From: Amoeboaphelidium protococcarum X5
Taxonomy: Eukaryota > Fungi > Aphelidiomycota
Assembly (NCBI GenBank): GCA_023515725.1
Contig: JALDTO010000206.1
Coordinates: 392,189 to 456,188, forward strand
Direction: 5' to 3'
DNA: 64,000 bases
The notes under the pieces are model-generated. The model made no database searches and was not told the DNA's origin. It saw only the letters and a program-made list of their open reading frames with translations. Shown here piece by piece: positions 1 through 11,686 of this stretch (positions within the stretch are counted from its first letter, which is position 1; every line of letters starts with the position of its first letter). The position numbers and the translations under genes were made by a program.

Positions 1-137
1 ACTAGATGCCATTTGATGACTGTAAAAATGATATATTCAAAAGGCATTCTTGTATGAAAGCTGCAAACAATAAAATATAAATTCACAAAAAATCTCTTTT
101 AGTAAAATAGTATTCCACAATAGTCAAATTCAAAAGT

Positions 138-1469
138 TCACTTTCCAAAGATACCAGTCTTCTTTAGCTTAATCTTTCCACCGCTGTCCTAGGTGGTTGA
201 GTTTCCAATTGCCGCAGCTCCTCTGCCAGCCTCCAGTCTTCTCTTCTTCTCCTCCAGCTCGGCGCGCTTTCTCTCAATAGCCTCACGACTCTCGCGGTGC
301 TTCGTGTACAATTCTTCTTCATTGGCACGCATCTTGGCCTCCTTCTCCGCAACTTTAGCCTCAAACACCTACTTCATCTCAGCCTCCAACTTGGCAATCT
401 TGGCCTCGTGCGCAGCACGCTCCTCCTCAAACTTCAGCATCGGATTCACCTAGCCTTGCGCATTAAACGTGCCATTAGAACCCGTCTGACTCAACTTTTA
501 AGTTCTATACTGCTCATACAACACTGAACTGGTCACCTCTTTCATCTCCTCCATGTGACTTCTGATCAACATCTGACGCAGCTTCACAAAATCATTATGC
601 TTCTCGTTATCCACTTCAACCACTCCCCAAGGATATTATCGACCACGAACCTTCTTGCCATTCACATCAATCTCTTTCGTGCTTCCCACAACGGCAAACG
701 GGATTCTACTGACCAAGTCCTTCACCTCAGCCTGAGTCTCAGCGTCATCATACGGACCAACTGTGGGCGTGTAAATCTAAATACCATTCTCATTGATTCC
801 ATCCATGATGCTCTACTTGAACTAGCTCAATTCTTCATCATTCATAATGTCAGACTTGGCAATCACGGGGATCAGATTAACTCTTTAATGCAGAGCTTTC
901 ATGCACTCAATATCCAGAGGCTTCAAACTATGACCACTTGGAGCGATAAAGTATAGGCAAGCATGAACACGATTATCCACAATCTTCTTCCTGTTTACTC
1001 GCATCTCCTACTCCAGATACGAGTCGAAGCGCTGTTCAATGTTTTACACAATAGGCACCCAGCACTAGTCATTATTCATATAGTCACCATAGCCAGGAGT
1101 ATCGATCACAGTCAGGGTCAAGTTCACACTAGCCTCAGTCAAAGTTGCACTCACAGCCTATATATTAACCGTCTTTGGTGTCTCTGCAGACAATTCCTAC
1201 TGCTCCTTCTGAGGATACATGTTCGCATTAAACAAAGTATTCACCAGCGTAGACTTGCCCAATCCGCTCTCACCAACAACCATCATGGTAAAGTAGAATC
1301 CCTTCTTCACAGACTTTCTGTGCACCTAATTTGGAAGATTGGCAAACCCAACAAAGCCTTTCAATGCCTTCTTAACAATTGGCTACTAAGAGTCAGAGTC
1401 ATCATTACCAATGCTAAAACTATTCTACTACTACTGCTGTTAAGTTGGACTAACGTTTTCTCTATCCAT
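138..1469 (-). CDS. Septin, Cdc3/SEPT7-like (~443 aa with TAR=Gln)
   Basis: [17 protein letters not shown]-loop [30 protein letters not shown]-terminal coiled coil; ends [11 protein letters not shown]; length divisible by 3. Confidence 0.9.
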
Positions 1470-2023
1470 TCTTGCACTCTAAATACTTGATATAAAAGTA
1501 GACCTGAATATTTCCTTAACCAATTTAATATCAAAAAAGATAGTATGAAAATTCCCACACAAGTGAACGACAATACAAGCTTCAACCTTAGTAATGTTTG
1601 GCACCAAAGAGAAGAAGAAGTTGATACTACAAGGAAGGAAAGCTGTCAATTTTGAAACTGAATTTCGTCCGTCTGCTCATTGGTGAAAGGAAAGATCGAT
1701 TCGTCGCAAGAGGAAACGCACATAATGCGATCTGTATGAATTGAATGAACTAAGCGGCTGGAAAGATTATGCCGTGATTCGGATCCATTTGATATTGTGT
1801 AGTATTTTTATAAAGTATTCCTCATATGTTTAGTATGATTAAAAGTAGACGAAATTTGACGTAATCTTTAGGCATTTAACCATGATTAATCTCGCATAAA
1901 CCAAAATGAAATTTACGCTCTGGACTCTTTCTTCTCTTATCACTCACTACACGCGTAGAATTTAAAGCTACCGAAATGATACTATTGCATTTACTATTAA
2001 TGAATTGACTTTAGTGTACTTAA

Positions 2024-2042
2024 AGAGAGAGAGAGAGAGAGA
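2024..2042. repeat. (GA)n microsatellite in intergenic region
   Basis: agagagagagagagagaga; similar GA/CT tracts at ~12703-12723, ~41223-41249 and ~62207-62227. Confidence 0.8.
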
Positions 2043-2266
2043 AAGATGGAAATAGTTCCAAGGAATCCAAAATCTTGATTTGTTTCACGCGCAGAGCCGA
2101 TGAAAGCTTTCTTCGTTTCTAAACTGAATGGGAAGAGAAGAAACAGATCGGCTCTAAAGAATCTTTTCTTTTCCTTCTTTATTCACCATTTATCTGTAGT
2201 ATCTCTCTTTGAACCGAGTTGAAGCTTTCCACCTTTTTAACTTCAAATTCTATTTATATTTAAAGT

Positions 2267-3575
2267 ATGTCATTGTTGAGAGTATCTAGAAGAGGATTTG
2301 CAAGTGCTGCTGCCGAGTCGGCTGCTTGGGCTAAGCCGTAGCCGAACGATGTGGTGATTGTTTCGTAAGTCTTTCCACATTGTTGTCGTTGATTGATTAT
2401 AACTATTTTAATGTCCTTGCCCACATATATAATTATGATTATAATGTAGAGCTTTGAGAACTCCAATGACTCGTGCACGTAAGGGTGGATTTAAGGATAC
2501 AACGCATGAAGAGTTGTTGTCTTTTGCCCTCAAGGGAATCTTGGATAAGACTGGCGTTAAGCCGTCGTTGGTGGAAGATATACAGGTGGGTAATGTTCTC
2601 CCTCCAGGTGGTGGAGCTACTCTTGCTAGAATGTCCATGTTGCACGCTGGGTTCCCCGATACTTCCAGTGTCTGTACCATAAACAGACAGTGCTCCAGTG
2701 GTTTGTAGGCAGTTGCCAATATCGCGGCGGCTATTCAGACTGGGGTGATTGAAATTGGTATTGGTGGTGGTGTGGAGTCGATGACGTAGCATTACACTCC
2801 AGATCTATTTAATATCCCGGTCAGCAAGTCGATTTTGTCTAACAAGTAGGCTAAAGAATCTCTGATGGCTATGGGAACTACTAGTGAAAATGTCGTTGAG
2901 CAGTTCAAGATCACTCGTGAGGAGCAGGATAAGTTCGCCGTGTCCAGTCATGAGAAGGCGTCTCGTGCTTAGAAGAGCGGATACTTTAAGGATGAGATTA
3001 TTCCATGCTCTGTGGGAGGTGCTCAGTTGACCGAGGATGATGGTATCCGTCATGGAACCACCTATGAAGGTTTAAGCAAGTTGAAGCCTGCATTTAAGGA
3101 GAACGGTACCACCACCGCTGGTAATGCAAGTCAAGTCACCGATGGTGCAGCTGCTGTACTGTTAATGAAGCGCTCCAAAGCTTAGCAATTGGGTCTGCCT
3201 ATTGTTGGAAAGTGGATCAGTTTTGCCGTCGCAGGTGTACCTCCTCATATTATGGGCATTGGGCCGGCTTTTGCCATTCCAAAGGCTTTGAAAAAGGCTG
3301 GCTTGAGTGTGAATGACATTGACATTTATGAGATTAATGAGGCTTTTGCGTCCTAGTGCGTATACAGCATCAAGACTTTGAACATCCCATTTGAGAAGGT
3401 GAATCCAAAGGGTGGTGCTATTGCATTGGGTCATCCTTTGGGTGCTACTGGTGCAAGACAGATTGCCACTTTATTGCCTGAACTGAAGCGTACTGGAAAG
3501 AAGTTGGGTGTCGTTAGTATGTGTATCGGTACCGGTATGGGCGCAGCTGCTGTAATCCGCGCTGAGAGTGCTTGA
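2267..3575 (+). CDS. 3-ketoacyl-CoA thiolase, copy 1, with mitochondrial-type presequence; intron 2365-2449
   Basis: INRQCSSGLQA, NEAFASQ, GGAIALGHPLGATG, SMCIGTGMG; GT..AG intron restores VVIVSALRTP; N-terminus MSLLRVSRRGFAS. Confidence 0.92.
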
Positions 3576-3697
3576 AGCTCTTTTAATTCTGAAGTGCCCT
3601 GACTAATTGATTTATACACGATCAATAATATTAATGAGGAGAGCATCTCGTTTTAGTTCCACTTGCATTATTGATAAAAGTTTTTTTTTTATTTTAA

Positions 3698-5704
3698 TCA
3701 TACATCATCCAGAATAGTGTAAGCATATCTGAGGTCAGCATGTTCGTTAAAGTACTCCACCATCTCCTTCATAAACTTGTCATTGGACACAGTTTCCGCA
3801 TCACATATAAGGACTGCTTGATACTTGGCTCGAGTTATGGCCACATTTAACCGTCTCTTCTCCACCAGGAAGCCAACTTGCTTTTGATCATTACTTCGCA
3901 CTAGAGACAATATTACGACATCCTTCTCACGGCCTTGATAGCTGTCAATAGATCCAATCTCAATCTGAGGATAATCTTCCAACAGCATCCGTTTAATAAG
4001 ATGCACCTGAGCATTGTATGGAGAGATGACGGCAATCTACGCTGGATCTACGCCAGCCTCAGTCAATAACTGTATATGATAAAGCACCAACTTGGACTCT
4101 CCTTCATTGTACTTGGACTCGCCACCTCCTTTACCGCCACTGTTATCATCATCATCTTCAATGCTCTCATACAAGTGACAATTACTCGTGTCATACATCA
4201 CCAACGGCGTATTAGTGTCTTCATTATCTTGAACTGACTCCAAATCGCATAAAAGCCGGTCCTTTACAGAATCATGAGAGATTAATCTACCACCATACAT
4301 TGCATTAGAACTCCAATCACTAATAATTTTATTCATTCTGTACTAGACATTCAGCATATGCTGGATAGATTCACCATGCAGCCGGTACAGACGATCATAG
4401 ATGGTGGTCTCAAGTCCTTCACGAGCAGCCTTTGGACACAAAACAGTCGGTGGTAACTGGTGTGGATCGCCAGCAAGTATAGCCTTGTCCCCCTTCAACA
4501 AAGCTATCCAGCACTCTGGCTCCAATGATTGACTAACTTCATCAATAATCACAAAATCAAACTTTTATTACTGAAGCATTCTACTACCAGCACCACTCAA
4601 GGTGCTAAATACTATCTGACACTGATCCAGGACTGTGGATATCAATTTGGGTTCCCTCTGTCGCAAGTCCTTACGCAATGATCGAATCTCATTCTGAATC
4701 ACCTTTTTATCAGAGTATGACTTGGCTTTAGCTTTCTACTTGAACGCTTTTTCTATGTCGACTCGGATGTCTTGTACTAACTAACCGCTGTCAGAAGTCT
4801 TGATCACAGTATCTAGAGCATATGGTTAAGCATCAGGCAACATTCGACTAGGATGTCCGATGCGAACAAATTTCAGCGTCTTGCCATACTCACAACCAGC
4901 CATGCGTTCCACCAAATTATCAACAGCAACATTGGATGGAGCGCAAACCAATAATCTATATTAGGAGCGAACAACCAGCTATTTAATGATCTCCAATACA
5001 GTTGTAGTCTTACCAGATCCTGGAGGTCCTAGTATGAGAGCGATTGATTGTGCAGACAGTGCGAACTATATTGCCTCTTTCTAACTTTCATTTAGATTCG
5101 GATTAATATATTCGACTGCATCATTTTTACTCTACAAGGATGTAAATAGCGGCTTCTATCCTTCTATACTAAACGCCACTCTAATCAAGTCTGAGATTTA
5201 CTACGTTTAAGACTACCTGATGATAGATTCAAGAGATTAGAGAGCCTTCTACATTCTGGTATATGACACATCATCAACCAGCTTATTAATGCGATATTTG
5301 TTCCCATTAATCTAATCTGATTCTACTTCTCGATCTAATATTAAAGTGACAGATTAGCTATTAACGCGATGAACTACAGCTCTTAGAGCAGTAGGTAATT
5401 CATCAGCTTTCTTCTAACCACCTCCATCATTACGCGCAATATCTCGATCCAACAGCTCAACTCTGTCGCCAGGCCTGAATTAATTCTACGGAAGTTCATG
5501 ACCAACCATATGATGTTCAAAGTCTATTGACAACTTTCCACCAAGACCAACACGCTAATTCACAGGCCGCATGTTTAACAGAGATATTCCCTTCTTCTAT
5601 GCTGACTGTGCATCCAACTAATTTAAGTCTTATTACACTTGACTAATCGCATATTCTCGCTCCAATTCAATTAGCTTCATCATTTTATGCACCACATCCG
5701 CCAT
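3698..5704 (-). CDS. SF1 Upf1-like helicase, IGHMBP2/SMUBP-2/Hcs1 family
   Basis: [50 protein letters not shown]; one frame with TAR=Gln. Confidence 0.9.
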
Positions 5705-5863
5705 CTTTTGTAATGCGCTGCTTTGGCTCTTAGTACTTACTACAAAACTATAATGAATTCAAAAAAAAATTAGATTGTTACGACGAATTCCAATCAGATT
5801 AAATTCTAAAGGAAAGCCAGCGATAACAAAGTAGACCTGAGATAAAAGAAAAATGTCAATATG

Positions 5864-6880
5864 TCATGAATGTATTATTTAATAGCTATTATAGTTCATG
5901 TATAGAGTCAATACCTTTTGCAGCAGTAGAACTACGCGATTATGAGCATCAAAAATGATCCATTCTTCGGTAGGAAGGCGCATCCTGTTGATGGCCACCA
6001 CAGGTCGGCTGGTAGAAGTCAGGAAACACGCATCCCATTCACCACTGTTCTAACGCCAATTCAAAAGTCCATATGTCCACTGGAGGGAGTGTAGTAACTC
6101 AATCTCAGAATCAGATAACAGTTGCGATAACTTCACCTAATTACCACCACCGCCATCAGTCTTTTAGTCGTTAGAACTCACCGCCTTGAACAGTAAATCT
6201 TGCATAGTACCTGGTAGGACGACATCAAGAGGACTAGTAATAATGCGATTTCCCGCAATGGCAAAGAAATTACTAGTTGAGCCTTCATATACGTAGTCAC
6301 CATCAAAGAGCAGTATCTCATGACTTGACGGTTCACGACGTACCATCAACTTGTCGCGGTCTTTGATCCACTGAGTATCCTTTTGAGTGGCATGACTCCT
6401 CACAGGACCGCCAACTTCAACTTGGACACCATCCGGAGCATTAACTGTATGCAATTCACTCAAATGAACATGAAGCTATTATACTTGTTCTGCTGATTAC
6501 TTCTCCTAATCACAGCTATCCATAAACGTAAATACGGCAATCTTGCACTCGGTTTTACGATGATGATACGGCATCAAATGAACTTTTAAAATATCCTCTA
6601 AAACTTTAGCTATTTGAAATCTCTGGAGTTGGCTCTGTTCCAACAGCAGCCTGTCCACATGCATATCCCATTGCAGAACCCTTTAGGCCTATTCCACGGT
6701 CCTCATCACCGTGTACAATCCGCGGGGAAGTTCCATCGCATAATGCTTAGGATCAAGAGAAGTCCAAAGTTCGCTGCATTCATTAGTTTTCAAATTAAAT
6801 ACCAGCACTTGATACTGCTTTGATGATCCATCAACACTAGTAGTAGCACCAGTGGCAGGAACGGTGGAGTTGTTGCTCAT
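5864..6880 (-). CDS. PLP-dependent aminotransferase class IV-like protein
   Basis: PRGLYTVMRT, EILLFDGDYVYEGSTSNFF, VLPGTM, CFLTSTSR motifs. Confidence 0.75.
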
Positions 6881-7015
6881 TGTAAATCTAGCAACTCTAT
6901 CAGTGACGACACGAGTTGACGCGCAAAATCTTCTCCCTTCTGACGATAATAGTTGGCGAAATTTAAGGAGAGAAGCGGCACGACTGAAGGCTAGTAATTG
7001 ACGCCATCCACTGCA

Positions 7016-7653
7016 ATGCTTAGTATAACTGGAATAGCTCATGTGGTCTATGATCAGGTGGACTCCAATGTAGATGTTGATGATTACTTTGACTCTGAAT
7101 CAGAACTTAAGCTTCAACATCAACTGCATGGAATTGTGATACAATTGCCGTCGCGTCAAATTTACACATTACATGGTACGCGTAAGATTTACCTAAACTG
7201 TCATAATACTTATATTTGAGTAATATCATGTCATTACTATTTAAAAATGTAGTCGTTAAACCTCCTAAGAATTATGATTTGAATTGGTGCACTTTGCACA
7301 AGCACTAGAATCAGTTCTGTGATGGCAAAGGCAGTGGCTGTGAAACGCGATTAGTTGATTGTCCATTGTTTTATCGCGTGTCTATCCTTCTACAAGATGG
7401 TTCATTACTGGCTGCTATTGGGAATGTTGAGAGAGAATCTTTGGTTAATGATGCAATTAATCTATCATCACAATAAAGCATGCACCATTCATAAGAGTTC
7501 AAGTTTACTACTCAGTATATGAAAGTGAATTTGGAAGCAAAAAATCTAGTCTAGCAGTATTTCCCTCACATAAAGACCATGGCTAGTTCAGTTGTCTGCG
7601 TCGGGCAGGTTGATATAAACATCACAAATGTGAATAATGATAAAGTTGAATGA
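7016..7653 (+). CDS. Hypothetical protein, probably one intron near 7180-7252
   Basis: Two TGA-free blocks under TAR=Gln separated by a GT..TAG segment; no recognisable motif. Confidence 0.35.
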
Positions 7654-7780
7654 ATAAATGTCTATTACTGTACCTTTTTCATCTATCTATATCATCTCAT
7701 GTATAATATTTTTGACTACGAACTGGCCATCTGGTAAAGTAGTAAGGCGGTGTTACATACCTGCTGTATGACAACGGAAT

Positions 7781-8293
7781 TCAAAAAGCCATCATAGATT
7801 AGCGTGCACCTGCCATAGATCCTGAGCGAGCGCCACTACTCTTCTAACGAGGGACACGAACGACAGGTATCTGCTTTCTCATAGCACTGCTGTGGGTCCA
7901 GCTTGGGCGATGAGAAGGATAAACAGGCATGGGCTCATAAGATTTCTTATCTATCGCTTCTTAAGTACTTTTCCATGCAGAGTCAAGCTTCAAGGCTACA
8001 TGATCCAACTTTTTGTATTTAGAGTACGCTTCCATCGCGCGTGCATTCAAATCTGCATTATCAGGATTACTCAGAGCCTCTTGGTAAGCATTATAATATT
8101 CGTGATTAGCGTGCATTGCATTGCGCATCAAATCTGCATTGTAGCCATTGGGCATTGACTCCAGGTCAATATTATCATTCTCGGTTTAGGGCAAAGCATA
8201 ATCATCAACATCAGATACATCGAAATCGCTTCCAAAAGGTACAGCGAATGTAAGAGAAATCAGTGACACTACAGACAGGAATTACAGTTTCAT
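7781..8293 (-). CDS. Small secreted protein (~170 aa) with signal peptide
   Basis: MKLQFLSVVSLISLTFA-VP hydrophobic N-terminus; in frame with ORF 7961-8155; TGA at 7781-7783. Confidence 0.7.
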
Positions 8294-8420
8294 AATTATT
8301 GTTGTTCTTGGTATGTTAATTGCTTGATTAAGTATTGTTCTGGAGCAAAATAGAAAAACTGCTAATCACCGTGGGAAATTTATCGATATTGATGCCCCTC
8401 CCCCTGTTCACGGAGTATTA

Positions 8421-8433
8421 ATGTATTTTTCAC
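8421..8433 (+). repeat. Left terminal inverted repeat
   Basis: ATGTATTTTTCAC preceded by TA; reverse complement of 11751-11763 apart from the terminal base. Confidence 0.7.
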
Positions 8434-8472
8434 ATTTTAAGCGAATCACAACAAAGTAGGTCAAGCGTAGTG

Positions 8473-9060
8473 TCAAACGCGACGATTTCAATCAGGGCGT
8501 CCTCTACTCTCCGCAAAATATACTGCCATCAGTAGCATGCTTTAAGTTGCGTTGACATCCCGATATACAAATAAGGTAGGCCTTAGACTTAGCAATTTGG
8601 GCAAAAGCTAAGCTTGACTCCACCTACTTCTGTTGACGGTCAGGACAGCTGGACGATACATGCAGAAAGGAGCTAGAAGCATCAAAGCAACAGAGCACAG
8701 GGTGGGACTACTTGGGGACGCGCCTTCTACCCTTCTTAACGCGACGGTAGAGAAACCAACCTTTTCCAATTTTACACCCATGGCGGCAACATGAGCAGAG
8801 CTTTGTACTGTGGTATCTGGGGACGGAGACGACCAATCCACGACGACTGAGGCGACGCGTTAAATCTACAACGGGCACTGGTGGATTTTTATTGACATGC
8901 ATCATGCCAGCATTGATCACCAAAAACATATCCCTTAAGCCTGTTCAGCCTTTGAATATATATTGTCGATTGAACGCTCGTTGGATTCGATTCTCATCTT
9001 ACTATGATTGTAGGTAAACGAGGCGATTGAAGCATCTGTTGCAAGCGTCAGCAACCTAAG
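8473..9060 (-). pseudogene. Degenerate Fanzor/TnpB C-terminal fragment (RuvC-II, zinc finger, RuvC-III)
   Basis: PPVPVVDLTRRLSRRGLVVSVPRYHSTKLCSCC, then FCPNC and YRDVNATQSMLLM..RGRPD in shifted frames; parallels PATP..RVRLVPEYRTSQRCSNC..HCP..WHRDVNAARNI of the intact copy. Confidence 0.75.
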
Positions 9061-9518
9061 AGTAGAGGCTGTTAAGAGGAACCAAAAGGGGGAAAAATAT
9101 ACTGTAGCCGTTCAGTATATACTGCAGCTGTCCGCCGATTATTCAAAGTCATAATCAGAAGACTCTTTTACTATGACAAATGTCTACATTAAGCCTTGAT
9201 GTGTACCAATATAATTGCGCACGAACAAAACTACCATGTAAGCGTAAATCGAAGTACAATAATGCGTAATATAAATTTAACAAAATGTATAGCGCTTAAT
9301 CAATATATATATCGTTCATTGATCAACCGATGATTAACTTCATTAGATGTTCCATAGACGCATTGGTCACTTCTCAATTTAGCGGCTGTCTATATCTTGT
9401 GTCAAGATCTTAACGTTGATCTGCTTCCTCCTATTTATAGCAACTACTTGACTTAGCGGTTAAAATTAGATTTGGCAAAGCGGGACTCCATTTTGAGATT
9501 CGTCCGAGCCATTTTCAG

Positions 9519-9550
9519 CCAATCATAAAGTTGGTTTTTTGGGTATAAAA
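9519..9550 (+). promoter_or_regulatory. Putative CCAAT and TATA boxes of the Fanzor gene
   Basis: CCAAT at 9519-9523 and TATAAAA at 9544-9550, about 50-75 bp upstream of ATG 9596. Confidence 0.45.
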
Positions 9551-9595
9551 GCGTAATCGGACTGGTTTCAACTCTTTTCTTCAATAAAATCAGAA

Positions 9596-11686
9596 ATGGC
9601 AGATCCCCCTATAGAGGTAGCTGATATCGGTGGTGCCTTACCGCCGCGTAAACGTCAACGAGAAGTAAATTGTAAAGCATGTGGTCGCGACGATTACAAG
9701 CGCTCATCCAGTAAACTGTGTCCCAATTATGTCCCTCGTGCAAAAAATGCTGCCAAACCACAAGACAATATGGGAATACCTGTGGCTGAAGCCTACGTAG
9801 CTGTACCTATTGGTTTAAATGTATTTTGCAAAATCGACGCGGTGAAGCATGAGATAAGTGATTTGGTTTCGCGTTGTACTGATCTCAAAGTAGAGGCTTG
9901 CAGACTTCTCCTGTCCTTCGTGCTTAATCATTTGGTATACAATCCTGACACTCCAATGCCAGACATCCGCTTTGGCGCAAATGGGTAGATGCGTAACTTC
10001 TTCAGCTCTTTGATTGCTAATCCTAGGCGGCGTGATCTGCTTAATCGTAATACCTGCAACTGGGCGGCTTTAAACGAGTTTATTGAAGCACACTATGTAC
10101 CTCGTCGTCCTGCTGACTTGTTTTGGTGTGACATGCGAGGCTACTCAAACATGGTTACTGCCTTGGCTTCAGCTCACAATGACGATTGCGCTAGACATAT
10201 AAGCACAAACTTGCCATCAAGGCTGAAACAATGGCTGCGCCACAAGTTTCGAAAACATCTCGGCTTCTGTTTGGAGGAGGATGATGTTTGCACCCTTGCT
10301 GTTTATGTCTTGGCGTTGATAAACCCACCTGAAGATATTGAAGAAATGCCTCCTTATCCTGCAGAAATTATCGACAATTGTGGTAACGGAGAATTGGTGG
10401 TGTATTACATGGACTACTACGAGACGCGTGCACGTCAATACATCCTTTGCAATCTCCCAATGGATAAGGCTAGTCTTCAGAACAACTGGCATCTGTATCT
10501 GAAATCCATGTGGCGTATCCTTCGTACATTTGAAAGTAATCATCAAATGTATGAGGAGGAGTATCTGCTAAACAATGAAGGTCCTCTACTAAACGTTTAC
10601 GCGTTGCTGCCTCTAAATGGATTTACGCAGAAACACATCCTGATCACGTCCAATGTGCTGAAGGAGATATGTGTTGCTGCTAATCTGCCAGATGTCCGTC
10701 AGATGGATGTTCACGCTTTGTGGTCACAATGTTTCAAGTTGAACAAGGTCTCCACTACTGGCAATCAGAGAAGACGTTTTGGCTACTCCATAACATCCGA
10801 TGGTGTTGGCTGTTCTGCTTCCGTTTTACGTCCTGCCTATCCTGCCCCTCCTGCTAGCCGCTACGGGTTCGCTTTCGATGGTACCGGATATTAACCGCTG
10901 GATGTAAACAATGAGACCCGCGTTATCGGGATTGACGTCAATCGTGGCGTGCTTTTGGCTGCTTCTTGTGGTCCTGATGACCGGATTGCAGATGTTCCAA
11001 CCGATCAGACGCCGTTTGCTGATGGAACGCATGAGCTGGTGTACACGACTGCTAGATGGCGTGAAGAGAACGGAGAAAAGTTTGGTGAAAAGAAGAAGGC
11101 TGCATGGAATGAAATAGCTCCAGAGGTCGTTAATGCCATGGCCCAGATTCCTTCCGCCAAATCAACTTCGTTTCTGGGGATCATCTAACATTTGCAGTAC
11201 GTACTGCAACATAGAGATGCATTCACTGGCTTCTACCGTCCTGAGATGTGGCGAAAGCTGAGGAGAAAGCTATTCTCCAAGCGCCAAAGGGCCTATGACA
11301 ATTTGGCGCGTATGCTGACTCTCCGCCAAGATGGTTAGTTTGACCATAACACCATCATTGCATACGGCGCTGGCAACTTTGACACTGCGTCTCCTGGATA
11401 TCCTGCGACTCCAAATAAGCGGCTGTTTTATGAGCTGAAGAAACGCTGCAGAGTCCGCTTGGTCCCTGAGTATCGAACCAGTCAAAGATGTAGTAATTGC
11501 GAGAGTGAGCTTGGTCAATCACGAGTATGGAGAATTAAGCATTGTCCAAATAACAATTGCTTAGCTATCTGGCACCGTGATGTGAATGCGGCACGTAACA
11601 TTCGCTACATCTTTCTGGCAAGAAATCGTGACGGTGGTGAAAGGCCGGTTCCATTTCGATACGATCCTCCTCGTCCTCAATAATGA
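9596..11686 (+). CDS. Fanzor1 (eukaryotic TnpB-family RNA-guided endonuclease), 696 aa, apparently intact
   Basis: Four in-frame ORF pieces join under TAR=Gln. WED-like LLP..SITSDGVGCS; RuvC-I VIGID (D447); IIAYGAG; RuvC-II VPEYRTS (E625); CSNC..CPNNNC zinc finger; RuvC-III WHRDVNAARNI (D662). Confidence 0.92.

Noticed and set aside
555-1490. Long plus-strand ORFs (133 and 175 aa) and similar ORFs opposite other genes
   Set aside because: Antisense shadows of the septin and other conserved genes
7666-7681. TACTGTACCTTTTTCA as an alternative left TIR that would capture the secreted gene
   Set aside because: Needs an insertion to align; the 8419-8433 match is clearly better
9097-9120. ATATACTG..CAGTATAT inverted repeat between the two Fanzors
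   Set aside because: Short and AT-rich; no function can be supported, apart from the adjacent weak TIR-like sequence noted as an alternative
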